64,000 bases of DNA from a virus. Position numbers and translations under genes: made by a program. Location: IMG/VR virus record IMGVR_UViG_3300029789_000001; one strand, given 5' to 3'. Positions 19,425 to 29,605 of the stretch are shown one piece after another. Every line of letters starts with the position of its first letter. Within the stretch, counting starts at the first letter, position 1. Below the pieces are notes generated by a model, which was not told the origin of the DNA, searched no databases, and saw only the letters and a program-made list of their open reading frames with translations.

Positions 19425-20195
19425 CTACATATCTGCCAGCATAGCATCGAAGTCTTCATCTTGAGCCTCCTTGCCTTCAGTAGAGTCGATAGATTTAGCC
19501 TCTTCTGAATCAGCTGCTGGCACAGGAGCAGTAGGCTTACGCTTCTCCATATCCTCTTTCTGCTTAATCTCATAACTAGAGAATGACAATTTATCTTCCT
19601 CTAAGCTAGCAAAATTATCACGGATATAGAACTGTCCATCACTATTAATAGCTCCAATATCAGGAATCTTAGCAAATACATTACCAGTTTCCTTTGAAAT
19701 TCCCTTTTCATCCTTTTTCTTTTCCTTACGACCGCTAAGCTTTAAATAAAAGTTTTTATTCATACAATACTTAGTTAATACTGCCTGGAAAAGCTGCATG
19801 AATTGGTCAGTACTCTTACAAGCAGGAGCTTTAGTTATAAACAATTCTTTAGCTTTATCACCGCCTACTACTGTTATAATATGCAGCATAAAACCTTTAA
19901 GCTGTTCAAATGCTGAAGGAAGTACATATGGGAATTCTACACCCTTAGAATCCTTTCTCTTACCCTCATATCTTTTAGCAGAACTTTCATTAGGATAAAA
20001 CAATGATTCTTGATAAGTTCCTTGCTCCCCTTCAAAATGAAGTACCAGAGATTTCCAAGTTGTATTAGGGTCTTGCTTACCTTGACCTTCCTTAGTTTCT
20101 ACACTTTTTAACTGAACGAGATAAATTCCATAAGGACGAAGACCTTTCTTACTTGTAGGATTAATATCACCAAGACCACCAAAATTTAAATTCAT
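19425..20195 (-). CDS. putative single-stranded DNA-binding protein (T7 gp2.5-like architecture)
   Basis: About 250 aa with a strongly acidic C-terminal tail ending DEDFDAMLADM. Sits in the replication module. Inference only. Confidence 0.35.
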   Translation of the reverse strand: MNLNFGGLGDINPTSKKGLRPYGIYLVQLKSVETKEGQGKQDPNTTWKSLVLHFEGEQGTYQESLFYPNESSAKRYEGKRKDSKGVEFPYVLPSAFEQLKGFMLHIITVVGGDKAKELFITKAPACKSTDQFMQLFQAVLTKYCMNKNFYLKLSGRKEKKKDEKGISKETGNVFAKIPDIGAINSDGQFYIRDNFASLEEDKLSFSSYEIKQKEDMEKRKPTAPVPAADSEEAKSIDSTEGKEAQDEDFDAMLADM

Positions 20196-20207
20196 ATTGC
20201 TATATTA

Positions 20208-20813
20208 TTAAAGATTATCGAAATTAAAATCATTATCTGAGATTTCTGTATCATCTGCGTTGCCGTCAATAAGACTAGCCATTTCGTCATCTAATTCATC
20301 TTCTGATGCAATATCCTCTGCTTCAGGAACTACATCTTCTTTAATCTCAGGCTCTCGATTACCTGTTAATATAAACAATCCATCAATTTTAGGATGTGGA
20401 GTAAAAGTAAACTCATTACCATGCTCAGCAAGGTTCTGGTTATTCTTTCCTCTATATGAAACTGCATTCTTCTGAGTTAATTTATTACCTGACTGCGTAC
20501 CAAATGTTTCAGCAGCTCCGATAACTAAGCACTCTTTCTTATTAAGTTTCTGCTGTTTAATATCTACTTTATCTCCTGGTTCTACACCAAGAGCCTCAAC
20601 AGCAGCCTTATTAAGAATGTACTTATTTTCCTCAAGAATTAATAGTGGATTAGGATTTGTATCATCTACTTCTAAGTCTTTCTTTTTAGAAGAAGACTTA
20701 CGAGTAGACGGCTTCTTTACAGAATCATCCTTCAATTCACGTGTATCAGTTAAAATTTCTCCAGTTTCTTCATTAAGCCACTCGGACTTAATTGTCATTT
20801 TAATTAGCTTCAT
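20208..20813 (-). CDS. hypothetical protein with an acidic C-terminal tail
   Basis: 201 aa. The C-terminus ...DNDFNFDNL. Confidence 0.35.
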   Translation of the reverse strand: MKLIKMTIKSEWLNEETGEILTDTRELKDDSVKKPSTRKSSSKKKDLEVDDTNPNPLLILEENKYILNKAAVEALGVEPGDKVDIKQQKLNKKECLVIGAAETFGTQSGNKLTQKNAVSYRGKNNQNLAEHGNEFTFTPHPKIDGLFILTGNREPEIKEDVVPEAEDIASEDELDDEMASLIDGNADDTEISDNDFNFDNL

Positions 20814-21555
20814 TTAAAATATTGTCATCATTATTGGTTTCATTATGGTCATCTGCGATTTCTTCTTCTTCCTCACCATATTCAAAGTTATGGATAGTAT
20901 CTAAAACCTTCTGCATATTAGGTTCAATCAGTTTATCTTTAAAACATCCATCAACACTACGACAAGTATCGTTACCATTGGTTTTGGTTCTAAAGAAATA
21001 ACTAATATTGCCCTCATCATCAACCTGACGTTCAGTATATAAAATATAAGAAAATAAACCATCAATATTTACGGTTCTATCCAACATTTTACCACTAGAA
21101 TATAACTGCCAATGTTCATCGAGGTCAGTACCAGCATTAATGATATGACTAATGAATACTACATTAAGATCTTCACGCAGTTCACTAGCTTCCATGATTA
21201 AGTCATAATAATTTTTAGCAAACACAACGTGCTTATCCCAACCCTTTTCAAGGGCAGAATCCATTATATTATTTGAAAGACAATAGTTAGCATCATCTAC
21301 GACTACTGTCTTAATATCAGTACGTAATTTATCAATAATTTTTAACCACTTACCAATAGTAGTATAATCATTAGATACAAGCCAATTTCCAACTGGCTTC
21401 TTATTTACAACTTCAGCTTTCTTGTACTTACGTCTAAATCCAGGAATTTGAAGTTGCTTGTTAGTACAACTAATGATAAATGTTGATTTATAATCTAAAT
21501 AACGCAAAGAAGTGCTTTTTCCGGTACCACTCAAACCTGCTAAACCAATAATCAT
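20800..21555 (-). CDS. Sak4-like / RecA-paralog P-loop ATPase
   Basis: N-terminal Walker A GLAGLSGTGKST. About 250 aa, the typical size of a phage Sak4. Confidence 0.6.
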   Translation of the reverse strand: MIIGLAGLSGTGKSTSLRYLDYKSTFIISCTNKQLQIPGFRRKYKKAEVVNKKPVGNWLVSNDYTTIGKWLKIIDKLRTDIKTVVVDDANYCLSNNIMDSALEKGWDKHVVFAKNYYDLIMEASELREDLNVVFISHIINAGTDLDEHWQLYSSGKMLDRTVNIDGLFSYILYTERQVDDEGNISYFFRTKTNGNDTCRSVDGCFKDKLIEPNMQKVLDTIHNFEYGEEEEEIADDHNETNNDDNILNEAN

Positions 21556-22634
21556 AAACTATAGTCTAATTTACTTTTCACTTTTTCATCTTTATCTTCA
21601 TTCTTTATTGCATTATCTGTTGAACTGTTATTTGTAGCTCGATATCTAGAATAATCAAAGATTTCTTCTGGCTTAGGCATTTCCATCCACTTATTTACTG
21701 CTCCGTCAAAGAAACAGCAATCAGCTACTTGGTTTTCTCCATATCTTGACTTTAGTACAAGAATACTTCGAAACCTATAACCCATTTCTTTAACTTGGTA
21801 GCCTCTATAAGTTGTTCTTTTATCAACTTGAGGATTATATACAGCTAAAATAATTTCAGAATTCTCTGAAACAGTGGATGTTTCCTTAATATCCTCCACC
21901 ATTGGCTCCATGAAAGCTTCATTCTTTTTTCTTTCCATGTTAGCCACTGCTCTATTGGATTGCATAACAATAATTGGAGATAATCCTGTTTTATTTCTAA
22001 TGATAACTAATTTATTAGTGTAATCATCAATTTCTCCTTTTCTGTTCCTTCCATTGGATGGTTGGATCAATCCAACATGGTCAGTTACTGAAAGTATTAC
22101 TTTTTCAGGGTCTTTCGGAATATACTTATTCTCTGTAAATTCTCCTTCTTTTTTAAGCTCTTCCATTGTAACTTTTATGAGCCTATCAGAATTAAAAGAG
22201 CCTTCGTATATAGTTAGTACTTTATATACTTTTTCTAGCCAATCATATCCTAGTTGTACATACTCATATAAATCATCAGGTAAAATATAATCTTTACCTA
22301 TAGATAATATTTGTTTAGCAGTTACAACAATATGATAGGTATCATATAAATAGGTACTTAATAATTTAGCTATAATAAAGTCTTCTTTCATTTCAAGAGC
22401 AAAGAAAATAATTTTTAATTTATTATCTTCTAAATGCTCTTTTAAAGGAGCGTATATATAAGAATATAATACGCATGAACTTTTACCTTGCCCTGAACTC
22501 GCAAATAAGAGAGTCATGGTACTTTTAGTAATACCTCCTATTAATTCTTCCAATTTAGGAAGACCCATACTAAATCCTTGATTAAATCCTTGTCTACCAA
22601 GCTCTATCGAACGTTTAAAACTTTCTAAACTCAC
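21552..22634 (-). CDS. DnaB-family replicative helicase (RecA-like C-terminal domain)
   Basis: GLPKLEELIGG, Walker A ASSGQGKSS, Walker B ILSVTDHVGLIQ and arginine-finger-like IVMQSNRAV. Confidence 0.75.
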   Translation of the reverse strand: MSLESFKRSIELGRQGFNQGFSMGLPKLEELIGGITKSTMTLLFASSGQGKSSCVLYSYIYAPLKEHLEDNKLKIIFFALEMKEDFIIAKLLSTYLYDTYHIVVTAKQILSIGKDYILPDDLYEYVQLGYDWLEKVYKVLTIYEGSFNSDRLIKVTMEELKKEGEFTENKYIPKDPEKVILSVTDHVGLIQPSNGRNRKGEIDDYTNKLVIIRNKTGLSPIIVMQSNRAVANMERKKNEAFMEPMVEDIKETSTVSENSEIILAVYNPQVDKRTTYRGYQVKEMGYRFRSILVLKSRYGENQVADCCFFDGAVNKWMEMPKPEEIFDYSRYRATNNSSTDNAIKNEDKDEKVKSKLDYSL

Positions 22635-23242
22635 AGAGTGGTGATTGAATTATAATTCATACCTGAATCTCCATTCTTTAAAGCTTCAAGGTCTTCCCAT
22701 TTTTCATCTACAATAAATGTAGCTAGGCTATAATTAATAATACCATTATCAGTATTAGCTTCCCAATCTAGTAAATCAATAATCTTTTTATGAAGTTCTT
22801 CATTCCAATGGATTTTCTTTCCATAAGTTCTATAAGCATCTTCAAGACTATTAAACTTTTTAGAAACACCTAGCATACTAGTTAAGCATCCATTAATATT
22901 TCTAAATCTAGGATAATGTTCTCTAAGTTCTTTTCCCATTTCAAAGGAACTCTTAGCTAAACATTTTAGGAAGTTTTTATTAAATGGTATCTCTTCAGGA
23001 ACTAGTTTCATTCCTGGAATAATTTTATAACTTTTAAGGATAAGACCTTTATCTTGTAAAGATTTAAGTATATCTATAAAACTTCCTACATACTTTTTAT
23101 CAATAGCCAAATACCTACGAAGATAATCTTCTGAATAATCTTCTATATAAGCATTTATAGCTTTAACAACAAATAATTCAGTAGGAGTAATATTATATTT
23201 TTCTAAAATTGTTATTTCTTCATCAATGTTTAAATCAAACAT
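22631..23242 (-). CDS. hypothetical protein
   Basis: ORF track, 203 aa. Confidence 0.4.
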   Translation of the reverse strand: MFDLNIDEEITILEKYNITPTELFVVKAINAYIEDYSEDYLRRYLAIDKKYVGSFIDILKSLQDKGLILKSYKIIPGMKLVPEEIPFNKNFLKCLAKSSFEMGKELREHYPRFRNINGCLTSMLGVSKKFNSLEDAYRTYGKKIHWNEELHKKIIDLLDWEANTDNGIINYSLATFIVDEKWEDLEALKNGDSGMNYNSITTL

Positions 23243-23320
23243 ACAGTAATTCGGATAATTAAAAGTCTTCCATACTGTAATTAAGTTAATCTCTTTTCAG
23301 AGCGATATTAATACATAGAT

Positions 23321-24478
23321 TCAGAATCTAAAATCAAATTTAGGAACTATCTTTTCACCTGGGGTAAAGTCTTTACCTTGTAACACTTTATCCAATTCTG
23401 ATTCGTCTATAGTTATAAAAGAATCTCCCTTATGAGAATCATAAAACCACTTGGTCTCTTGAGTCCTATTTAATACTATATTGAATATCTCTGCTGTCTT
23501 ACCTTTTTCAAAGCGGATTGATCTTCCTCTCCGTTGACAAGCTCTAGTAGTTGAACTATCTAATCCAAATATAATAGCTACAGAAAGACCTTTTACATCA
23601 AGTCCTTCATCAGCTTTTTTTACTGTAGATAATAAAGTTATCTTTCCAGAGTTAAAATCTTCAATAGCTGTAGCACTTCTTTTTTTAGAAGTTCTACTAG
23701 AATATACAGTAGCATTAGGAATTTTTTCTGCCATTTTAATATTATTAGCAAAAGTTATTATTTTTTTATCCTTTCTAGCTTCTATAATTTTCTTTACTAT
23801 TTCAATTTTCTTTGGATGATTATTTATGAAAGCTTTTTTCTCATGCATAGTAGACCAAAATCTGATAGCATGATAATTTATACTTTGTAATACTTCAGAC
23901 TTTTTATTAGGATCACTACACATAGAATCTCTTAGGAGTAGTTTATTTCGCCAACCCATAGGACCGGCTAATTTATTAACTAACTCCCAAGAGAATCCGA
24001 AGAATTCAAAATGAGAAATGAATTCTTTATTTATTTTTTCATATTCTTCTAAATCATCAACATTTACTAAGACTAGATATTCTTTATATGGACTAACCCA
24101 ACCATTTGCAAGACAAGTATTAATATCAATAGTATCAATTACTGGACAGTATTTTGCTAATATTTTATCTCTACCATCAAGACGCTCAAAAGTAGCTGTA
24201 AGACCTAAGATAAATTGGTATTTTACTACTTCAAATAATCTTACAAAAGTCTCAGCTGCATATCTATGCGCTTCATCCAGTACTAAAAGATCATATTTGG
24301 CAGGATGTTTTATTACAGTGTTTATTATTTGTACGTCACAACTTAATCCTAGCCCATTAGAATCTATATGACCATACCATTGTTTTTGTAAAGTTTCTGT
24401 TGGTACAATTATTAGTACTCGGTATTGTGGAAAGTGTTTTAACACTGTTTTAATACAGTTTAGTCCTATTCTGGATTT
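23321..24478 (-). CDS. SF2 (DEAH-type) helicase, proposed exon 2. The tracked ORF starts at GTG 24445, and the frame is open up to 24478.
   Basis: Motif Ia RVLIIVPTETL, motif II LVLDEAH, motif III GLTAT, motif VI QRRGRSIR. Walker A is missing from this ORF. Confidence 0.7.
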   Translation of the reverse strand, partial: KSRIGLNCIKTVLKHFPQYRVLIIVPTETLQKQWYGHIDSNGLGLSCDVQIINTVIKHPAKYDLLVLDEAHRYAAETFVRLFEVVKYQFILGLTATFERLDGRDKILAKYCPVIDTIDINTCLANGWVSPYKEYLVLVNVDDLEEYEKINKEFISHFEFFGFSWELVNKLAGPMGWRNKLLLRDSMCSDPNKKSEVLQSINYHAIRFWSTMHEKKAFINNHPKKIEIVKKIIEARKDKKIITFANNIKMAEKIPNATVYSSRTSKKRSATAIEDFNSGKITLLSTVKKADEGLDVKGLSVAIIFGLDSSTTRACQRRGRSIRFEKGKTAEIFNIVLNRTQETKWFYDSHKGDSFITIDESELDKVLQGKDFTPGEKIVPKFDFRF

Positions 24479-24800
24479 CGATTTTGTTATCGTATAGCTT
24501 TTTATCTATACTTCTTACTATTACTAGTAAGTCCCGCATAAATTTTTACCCACTTATTTCAGTTGGGGTATCGAACACTCGTGGAGAAATTATATTCTAA
24601 TAAAAATAGTCTAGTTAATAATTAGACTATTTATTAGGTTCATTCTCTATGCTGTACGGTGTAGAAGATTCTTTAATTTCTTCTATTACCTCGGTATTAC
24701 CCTCTATAGGGCTTTCACCGATTTTGCTCGATAATAATTTCGAAGATTCCTCTATCGAAACGGCATCGTAATTAACAGGTATATGACCCGCTTTTACAGT
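24479..24800 (-). other. putative 322-nt group I intron in the SF2 helicase gene, with no internal ORF
   Basis: Splicing GGU|...ucG| joins exon 1 ...ASTGFG to exon 2 KSRIGLNCIKTVLKHFPQYRVLIIVPT. This restores Walker A TGFGKS at the normal spacing from motif Ia. The 5' exon ends in U and the intron ends in G. Contains an AGACUA element and a 10-bp perfect hairpin. Confidence 0.5.
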
Positions 24801-24932
24801 ACCAAAGCCAGTAGACGCAACTATTGTCCCTACACAACGATTTTTTATCCATTTTCTACGACACTCTTCTTGTCGTTCATCTCTAGTGATTTTATGAAAT
24901 AGTTCTCCTTCAATCAGAGAGTTTGTAGCCAT
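24801..24932 (-). CDS. SF2 helicase, proposed exon 1. The tracked ORF 24627..24932 reads through into the intron.
   Basis: LRDERQEE (Q-motif-like) and ...IVASTGFG, ending at the first half of Walker A. Confidence 0.55.
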
Positions 24933-25896
24933 TGTAATCAGCTACTGCTTTGATTTGTTTAATACGCTTCTCCCACTCTGAAGCTTGCCATCTAACCTTA
25001 TTTTCGAGATGCAGTAAAACTTTATCTCTTAAGGTTTCCAATTGTACTTTAGTCAGATCATTATAACGCTTATCATATTTATCCTTACGGAAGGTAAGCA
25101 TTGCGCTAAACTCTTTTAGAGTTAAGCCTTTTCTATCATCAATTTTTAAAACAAGACCTTTTCTGTCTTCAGGATTCTTAGGGTCTCTCAATTTAATATT
25201 TAGAAGTTCAGCAACTTGCTTAATTCTATCTACTAAACGACCATTCTCGTCTTTCTTATTTAATTCTAATAACTCAGAACGTGTAAACCACAATCCAAGC
25301 TCAGTAATAAATGTAAGAGTAATGTGTTTACGGACACATTTACCTAAAGCAGATAAACAAGCTTCTCTAACGATATACAATGGTAATGAAGCAAACATGG
25401 TAAATGAATCTTCATCACTATTCATAATATCATTAAGAGTCCACTCTTTAAAGAGAGTCTCTGCAATAGCACTAACATTTGTCTCGCCTTCACCACTTTC
25501 TGCATTCTCTTTAGCAAACTGTTCTGCCTGAGCAGTAATCTGCTGATTGAGCATATTAAAGAAACTAGTTCTTACAATACCTTGTCTAATACTACCTTCA
25601 CCTGGGTACAATAGCCAAATTAAAAACAACTCAGCATTACAGCGAGTTCTTTGATCTTCAATCTGTTCCAACAAAACTCGTCGTCCAGGATTTTCATAGT
25701 TGTCACTATAAAGCATTGATTCACAATGTTTATATGCTTTACGTAATTCTTCTTCAGTCATATCTACCATTTTCATGGAAGACTGAATGCGTTCACCATC
25801 TACAATTTTTCTGGAACCTTTCCAGAGAAATGTTTCTACATCATTATTCTTAGCTTCAAAAGCTTGATTGAGTTTATCACCTAAAACTGTTGTCAT
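24910..25896 (-). CDS. hypothetical protein
   Basis: ORF track, 328 aa. Confidence 0.4.
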   Translation of the reverse strand: MTTVLGDKLNQAFEAKNNDVETFLWKGSRKIVDGERIQSSMKMVDMTEEELRKAYKHCESMLYSDNYENPGRRVLLEQIEDQRTRCNAELFLIWLLYPGEGSIRQGIVRTSFFNMLNQQITAQAEQFAKENAESGEGETNVSAIAETLFKEWTLNDIMNSDEDSFTMFASLPLYIVREACLSALGKCVRKHITLTFITELGLWFTRSELLELNKKDENGRLVDRIKQVAELLNIKLRDPKNPEDRKGLVLKIDDRKGLTLKEFSAMLTFRKDKYDKRYNDLTKVQLETLRDKVLLHLENKVRWQASEWEKRIKQIKAVADYNGYKLSD

Positions 25897-25912
25897 AAAT
25901 CTTAAAGATTAT

Positions 25913-26251
25913 TTATTGTATTATTATATCATCTACGTTTTTAGGTCTCTGAGGGACAAACTTAATAAACCAGACATTATTATATCTGTATTTCTGTTGT
26001 GTGTCTCCATCGTACCATTCATCTATCCCTGCTATTACAGGCTTCACTTCGAGATAACCAATATCCCCATAATTTATAGTAGCAGCGCTCCAATTAGGAG
26101 GTTGAGTACACATAAGGTATTTAGTCTTTTCTCTAAGCTTATCCTCATTATCTAACAATTCGAATACATATATCACATAGCCTAAGCTATCATTAAATTT
26201 CTCAAGTAATTTACTATAAACAACCATTAATTGATAAATAAATTTCCGCAA
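25913..26251 (-). CDS. hypothetical protein
   Basis: ORF track, 112 aa. Confidence 0.35.
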   Translation of the reverse strand: MRKFIYQLMVVYSKLLEKFNDSLGYVIYVFELLDNEDKLREKTKYLMCTQPPNWSAATINYGDIGYLEVKPVIAGIDEWYDGDTQQKYRYNNVWFIKFVPQRPKNVDDIIIQ

Positions 26252-26700
26252 TAATATGGTAATCCTTTTTCAAGGCGTAAATATTATTTATCAATTTTTA
26301 GTAATTTTAGTTATCTGGGATTATAATTTCTGCATCCATACTTAGCAAAATTACATTTAAGCATGTCCATATTTACTAAGCATTTATATCTTTTACAATT
26401 CTTACAATCTCTATCTGGAAATTTAAATTTCTTACCGTCAGTATCCTTTATGTAAGTATCTAATGTATTAGAGCACATATTATAGATAATATACTTATAC
26501 CTCCAAATAAATAATTCAATTTTGATAATTTTTTATTTTGCATATACAATTCATTATTTTTATCAGATTGAATCTTTATTTGATAATTTTTATATGTTAG
26601 CGTACTATCCAGCGTATTTACTAAAGATTTGTAGTTATTTATTTGAATTTTTTGTAGACTATCATTTACTAGTAAATATTTATGCTCATTAAAAATAAGA

Positions 26701-27033
26701 TTAGTTATTTTTAATTGATACGGTGTCAATAAGAAGTTTTCTCCCAACTTCTTGAATGTAGTTTGTGAAAAACTGCATGTCGCTATCAGGAGACTGCTTA
26801 ATAATATTGTCCTTCTCTTTAACATAGATAGTTTTATTATAGTAGATAGCAGTATCACACTTATTGATATCAACTTTAATAGAATTTTTCTTACTATTTA
26901 ATGAGTCTATTTTTCTTTCTAAGGTATCTGTAGGCATTACAGTAGTAGATTTAAACCCTTTATATAAAAAGATAGTAGCTCCTATAATAGTAATAAAAAT
27001 TAATATTAAAATTAATCTATCTAAAAGTTTCAT
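26701..27033 (-). CDS. membrane-anchored hypothetical protein
   Basis: N-terminal TM helix LILILIFITIIGATIFLY. Confidence 0.35.
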   Translation of the reverse strand: MKLLDRLILILIFITIIGATIFLYKGFKSTTVMPTDTLERKIDSLNSKKNSIKVDINKCDTAIYYNKTIYVKEKDNIIKQSPDSDMQFFTNYIQEVGRKLLIDTVSIKNN

Positions 27034-27467
27034 TAATCTGCTACTGCCTTATTATATAAAGCTGCTTTTTGAGCTAAAGCTTTAGTTTTTTCTTTAGCTT
27101 TTTCATATTTATCTTTAGCTTTAGCATATGCCACACTATACTGCTCAGGATATTGTTTTACGTGATTAACTTCATTATCAAGTATATATTTTACAGTCTC
27201 AATATTAAGAAGTCCTGCTCTACCTAATAGTACGTTGGTATTTTTATCACTAATACTTTTACCATAAGCAATTTTCTTACCAAGTTCGTTGTTGTGTTTA
27301 TCTACCGGATTACAGAAAGATACTCCAAAACTAAGAATTCTAGTAGGATTTTCAAATACAGTACTTTCTCTAAGAACAGCGCATACTACAAAGTAATGAT
27401 CTTTACCTTCAAAGTCTACAAAACTACCTTCTCTGTAATCTACGAGTTTCTGCTTAGTGTTTGTCAT
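27033..27467 (-). CDS. hypothetical protein
   Basis: ORF track, 144 aa. Confidence 0.4.
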   Translation of the reverse strand: MTNTKQKLVDYREGSFVDFEGKDHYFVVCAVLRESTVFENPTRILSFGVSFCNPVDKHNNELGKKIAYGKSISDKNTNVLLGRAGLLNIETVKYILDNEVNHVKQYPEQYSVAYAKAKDKYEKAKEKTKALAQKAALYNKAVAD

Positions 27468-27733
27468 AATTTTTTAAATTTGGAATTATTAATAATATAA
27501 TCTAGAGGAGCTGATACTAAGTCAATGGATTTTATAATTCTGTATCCAATTTTTTTAGTAACTTGTATCCTCTCTTTAAGAGGTTTACTTGAAGATATAA
27601 ACTTGTTACCTAGCAATTCCTCTCTATCTTTATAGTGAGCATATGCTGTAAGTTCATAGACGAACATCTTAGAAACTGTAATGTCTCTATGATGTTCGTC
27701 TCTCCAAGTAGTTATAGGAATGGACTTAATCAT
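27464..27733 (-). CDS. hypothetical protein
   Basis: ORF track, 89 aa. Confidence 0.3.
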   Translation of the reverse strand: MIKSIPITTWRDEHHRDITVSKMFVYELTAYAHYKDREELLGNKFISSSKPLKERIQVTKKIGYRIIKSIDLVSAPLDYIINNSKFKKL

Positions 27734-28047
27734 TCCTCCATCAAAGTAGTATTGTTAGGAGTTTCCCCCACAATATCATATAATCTATGAAGTTCTTTTG
27801 TATAGGAATCTAAATATTGTTGCATAGTAAAAGCCTTTTCAGAATTAGCTTTAGCTACTCTATATCTAGCAATTGATGCCATAGCTCCAGATAAGGTTAA
27901 TCCATATCCTGCTAAAGTAAGTTCCTCTCTAGCCTCTCTAGTTTTAGATTTGGCATTAATGGTCTTCATAATATATAAATCCCAATGAGGACAACTTTCA
28001 TCATTTGTTGAAGATCTTAATTCAAAATCAGATTCTTTAATTATCAT
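27730..28047 (-). CDS. hypothetical protein
   Basis: ORF track, 105 aa. Confidence 0.35.
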   Translation of the reverse strand: MIIKESDFELRSSTNDESCPHWDLYIMKTINAKSKTREAREELTLAGYGLTLSGAMASIARYRVAKANSEKAFTMQQYLDSYTKELHRLYDIVGETPNNTTLMEE

Positions 28048-28329
28048 AGATTACTTTGATCCAATACCACCAGGTCTTGTTGTTGCATTCTTTACTGTTT
28101 GAGGGAGCTTATCCCACCATACCTGCTTCTGACGAAGTCTTTCAAGCTTTGCTTTATACTTCATTTTAACTAGAATTGAAAATTAAAAGAAAATTAATCA
28201 TCTGTGTAATATTAAAATTATCTAGGTAAAATACCATAATTTAGTCATAGACACATCTAGAATAGCCTACAAACTTCTAAATTTAGAATCATGAACAATT
28301 TATCACTCTAGAAATGAAAATGTCTTAGA

Positions 28330-28506
28330 GAGACTCTGAGACATTACCTTCAAAGTGCTCATCAGCATACTTACGAGCATCTTTGATATCATCGAAATAT
28401 CTACTTGGTTTTAATCGGTCACTACGTTTTACCGCAATTTTACTACCAGTAGTACGATAAATAGTAATAGTGTCTACTGTTGCTTTTACAATTTCTTTAG
28501 CCATAA
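28330..28506 (-). CDS. small hypothetical protein (58 aa), below the ORF-track cutoff
   Basis: Manual translation MAKEIVKATVDTITIYRTTGSKIAVKRSDRLKPSRYFDDIKDARKYADEHFEGNVSESL. It is followed by a GAGAC/GTCTC hairpin. Confidence 0.3.
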
Positions 28507-28722
28507 TTAATTATTTTTAAAAATTTTACTTAAAGTTTCTGTTAATTCAGGGTACAGATAATACAGTGCTAATAACGTATTTATAATTGGACATACTAAT
28601 ATTAATATTGTTATTATATTAGTAGGAACATTAATTTCAGTCCATCTGTCTATAACAGCAAATGCAGATCCAATATAAATAGTTATACCTGCAACAATTA
28701 TTATTGATACAACTAAATACAT
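28507..28722 (-). CDS. small two-TM membrane protein
   Basis: 71 aa, two hydrophobic segments. Confidence 0.35.
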   Translation of the reverse strand: MYLVVSIIIVAGITIYIGSAFAVIDRWTEINVPTNIITILILVCPIINTLLALYYLYPELTETLSKIFKNN

Positions 28723-29135
28723 TATTCTAATAATTCTAAACTAGCATTACTAGCTAATTCATCCGCTAGATTATTACCAAAACAATCTTGATGTCCCCTA
28801 ACATGGGTAAATTTAATATTTTTTATTAAAGATTTAACTCTTTCATATTCTTTATCTAAAATATTCCAGAGCTCTACATTCTTTTTTTTCTTCCATCCTT
28901 TAGTAAGACATCCTAATACATATTGACTGTCACTTATAAATTCTACTTCATCTATTGGAGTTTTAATGGACTTAAAAGCACATAGCATAGCAATTAATTC
29001 CATTTTATTATTAGTAGTATGCTTAAAGCCTTTAGAGTATTTTTTAAATACTTTATCATCCTTCATCCATACTATTCCAATACCTCCCTGGTCAATAGAA
29101 GATTTATAAGCACCATCAGTATAAATCTGTAACAT
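28722..29135 (-). CDS. rnhA: ribonuclease H
   Basis: IYTDGAY..GGIGIV, ELIAMLCA, ISDSQYV, W.KNVELW and HVRGHQDCFGNNLADELA match the RNase HI catalytic D-E-D-D layout. Confidence 0.75.
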   Translation of the reverse strand: MLQIYTDGAYKSSIDQGGIGIVWMKDDKVFKKYSKGFKHTTNNKMELIAMLCAFKSIKTPIDEVEFISDSQYVLGCLTKGWKKKKNVELWNILDKEYERVKSLIKNIKFTHVRGHQDCFGNNLADELASNASLELLE

Positions 29136-29137
29136 AG

Positions 29138-29464
29138 TTATAAAGATATGTAATCTGCATATTCAAATACTATTCCGTTCTTTTCAGGATCAAAATACGT
29201 TGTAGACATACAAAAAGTATCAAAACTATGAGCTTTTCTATAACCATTTAATAAATCTCTGACATATTCTTCAGTATCACTTATTGTGGAAATATAACAG
29301 TGTCCCTCACCTTTAATAACAATTCGTATATCTGAAGCATCATCTAAATCTCCAGTACTAGAACTAATTTCCCAAGTTCTATTATCTGTAAATAATGCTT
29401 CTAACTCTAAATTAATGTCATGAATTAAGTCAGGATCTAATTCATTTTTATTTATAATGATCAT
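29138..29464 (-). CDS. hypothetical protein
   Basis: ORF track, 108 aa. Confidence 0.35.
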   Translation of the reverse strand: MIIINKNELDPDLIHDINLELEALFTDNRTWEISSSTGDLDDASDIRIVIKGEGHCYISTISDTEEYVRDLLNGYRKAHSFDTFCMSTTYFDPEKNGIVFEYADYISL

Positions 29465-29605
29465 TTTTATTCCAAAGTATTAAATAACAACGTTCTCCTT
29501 CTAAATTTGAATACCACAATATACATTGGTTATCTGTAATATCTAATCTTGGATCAATTATAATTATTACCAAAATAATAGTTATAATAAGTCCCAAAAT
29601 ATACA

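Noticed and set aside
24604-24632. The 10-bp perfect hairpin AAATAGTCTA...TAGACTATTT followed by a T-run, taken as a terminator for a 101-aa gene.
   Set aside because: It sits inside the proposed helicase intron and contains the exon-1 frame stop. This is more parsimonious as an intron structural element, though a terminator role is not excluded.
26460-26873. The 137-aa ORF as a real gene.
   Set aside because: It overlaps 26701..27033 by 173 nt in another frame, and only one of the two is likely real. I kept the one with the cleaner TM and start context.
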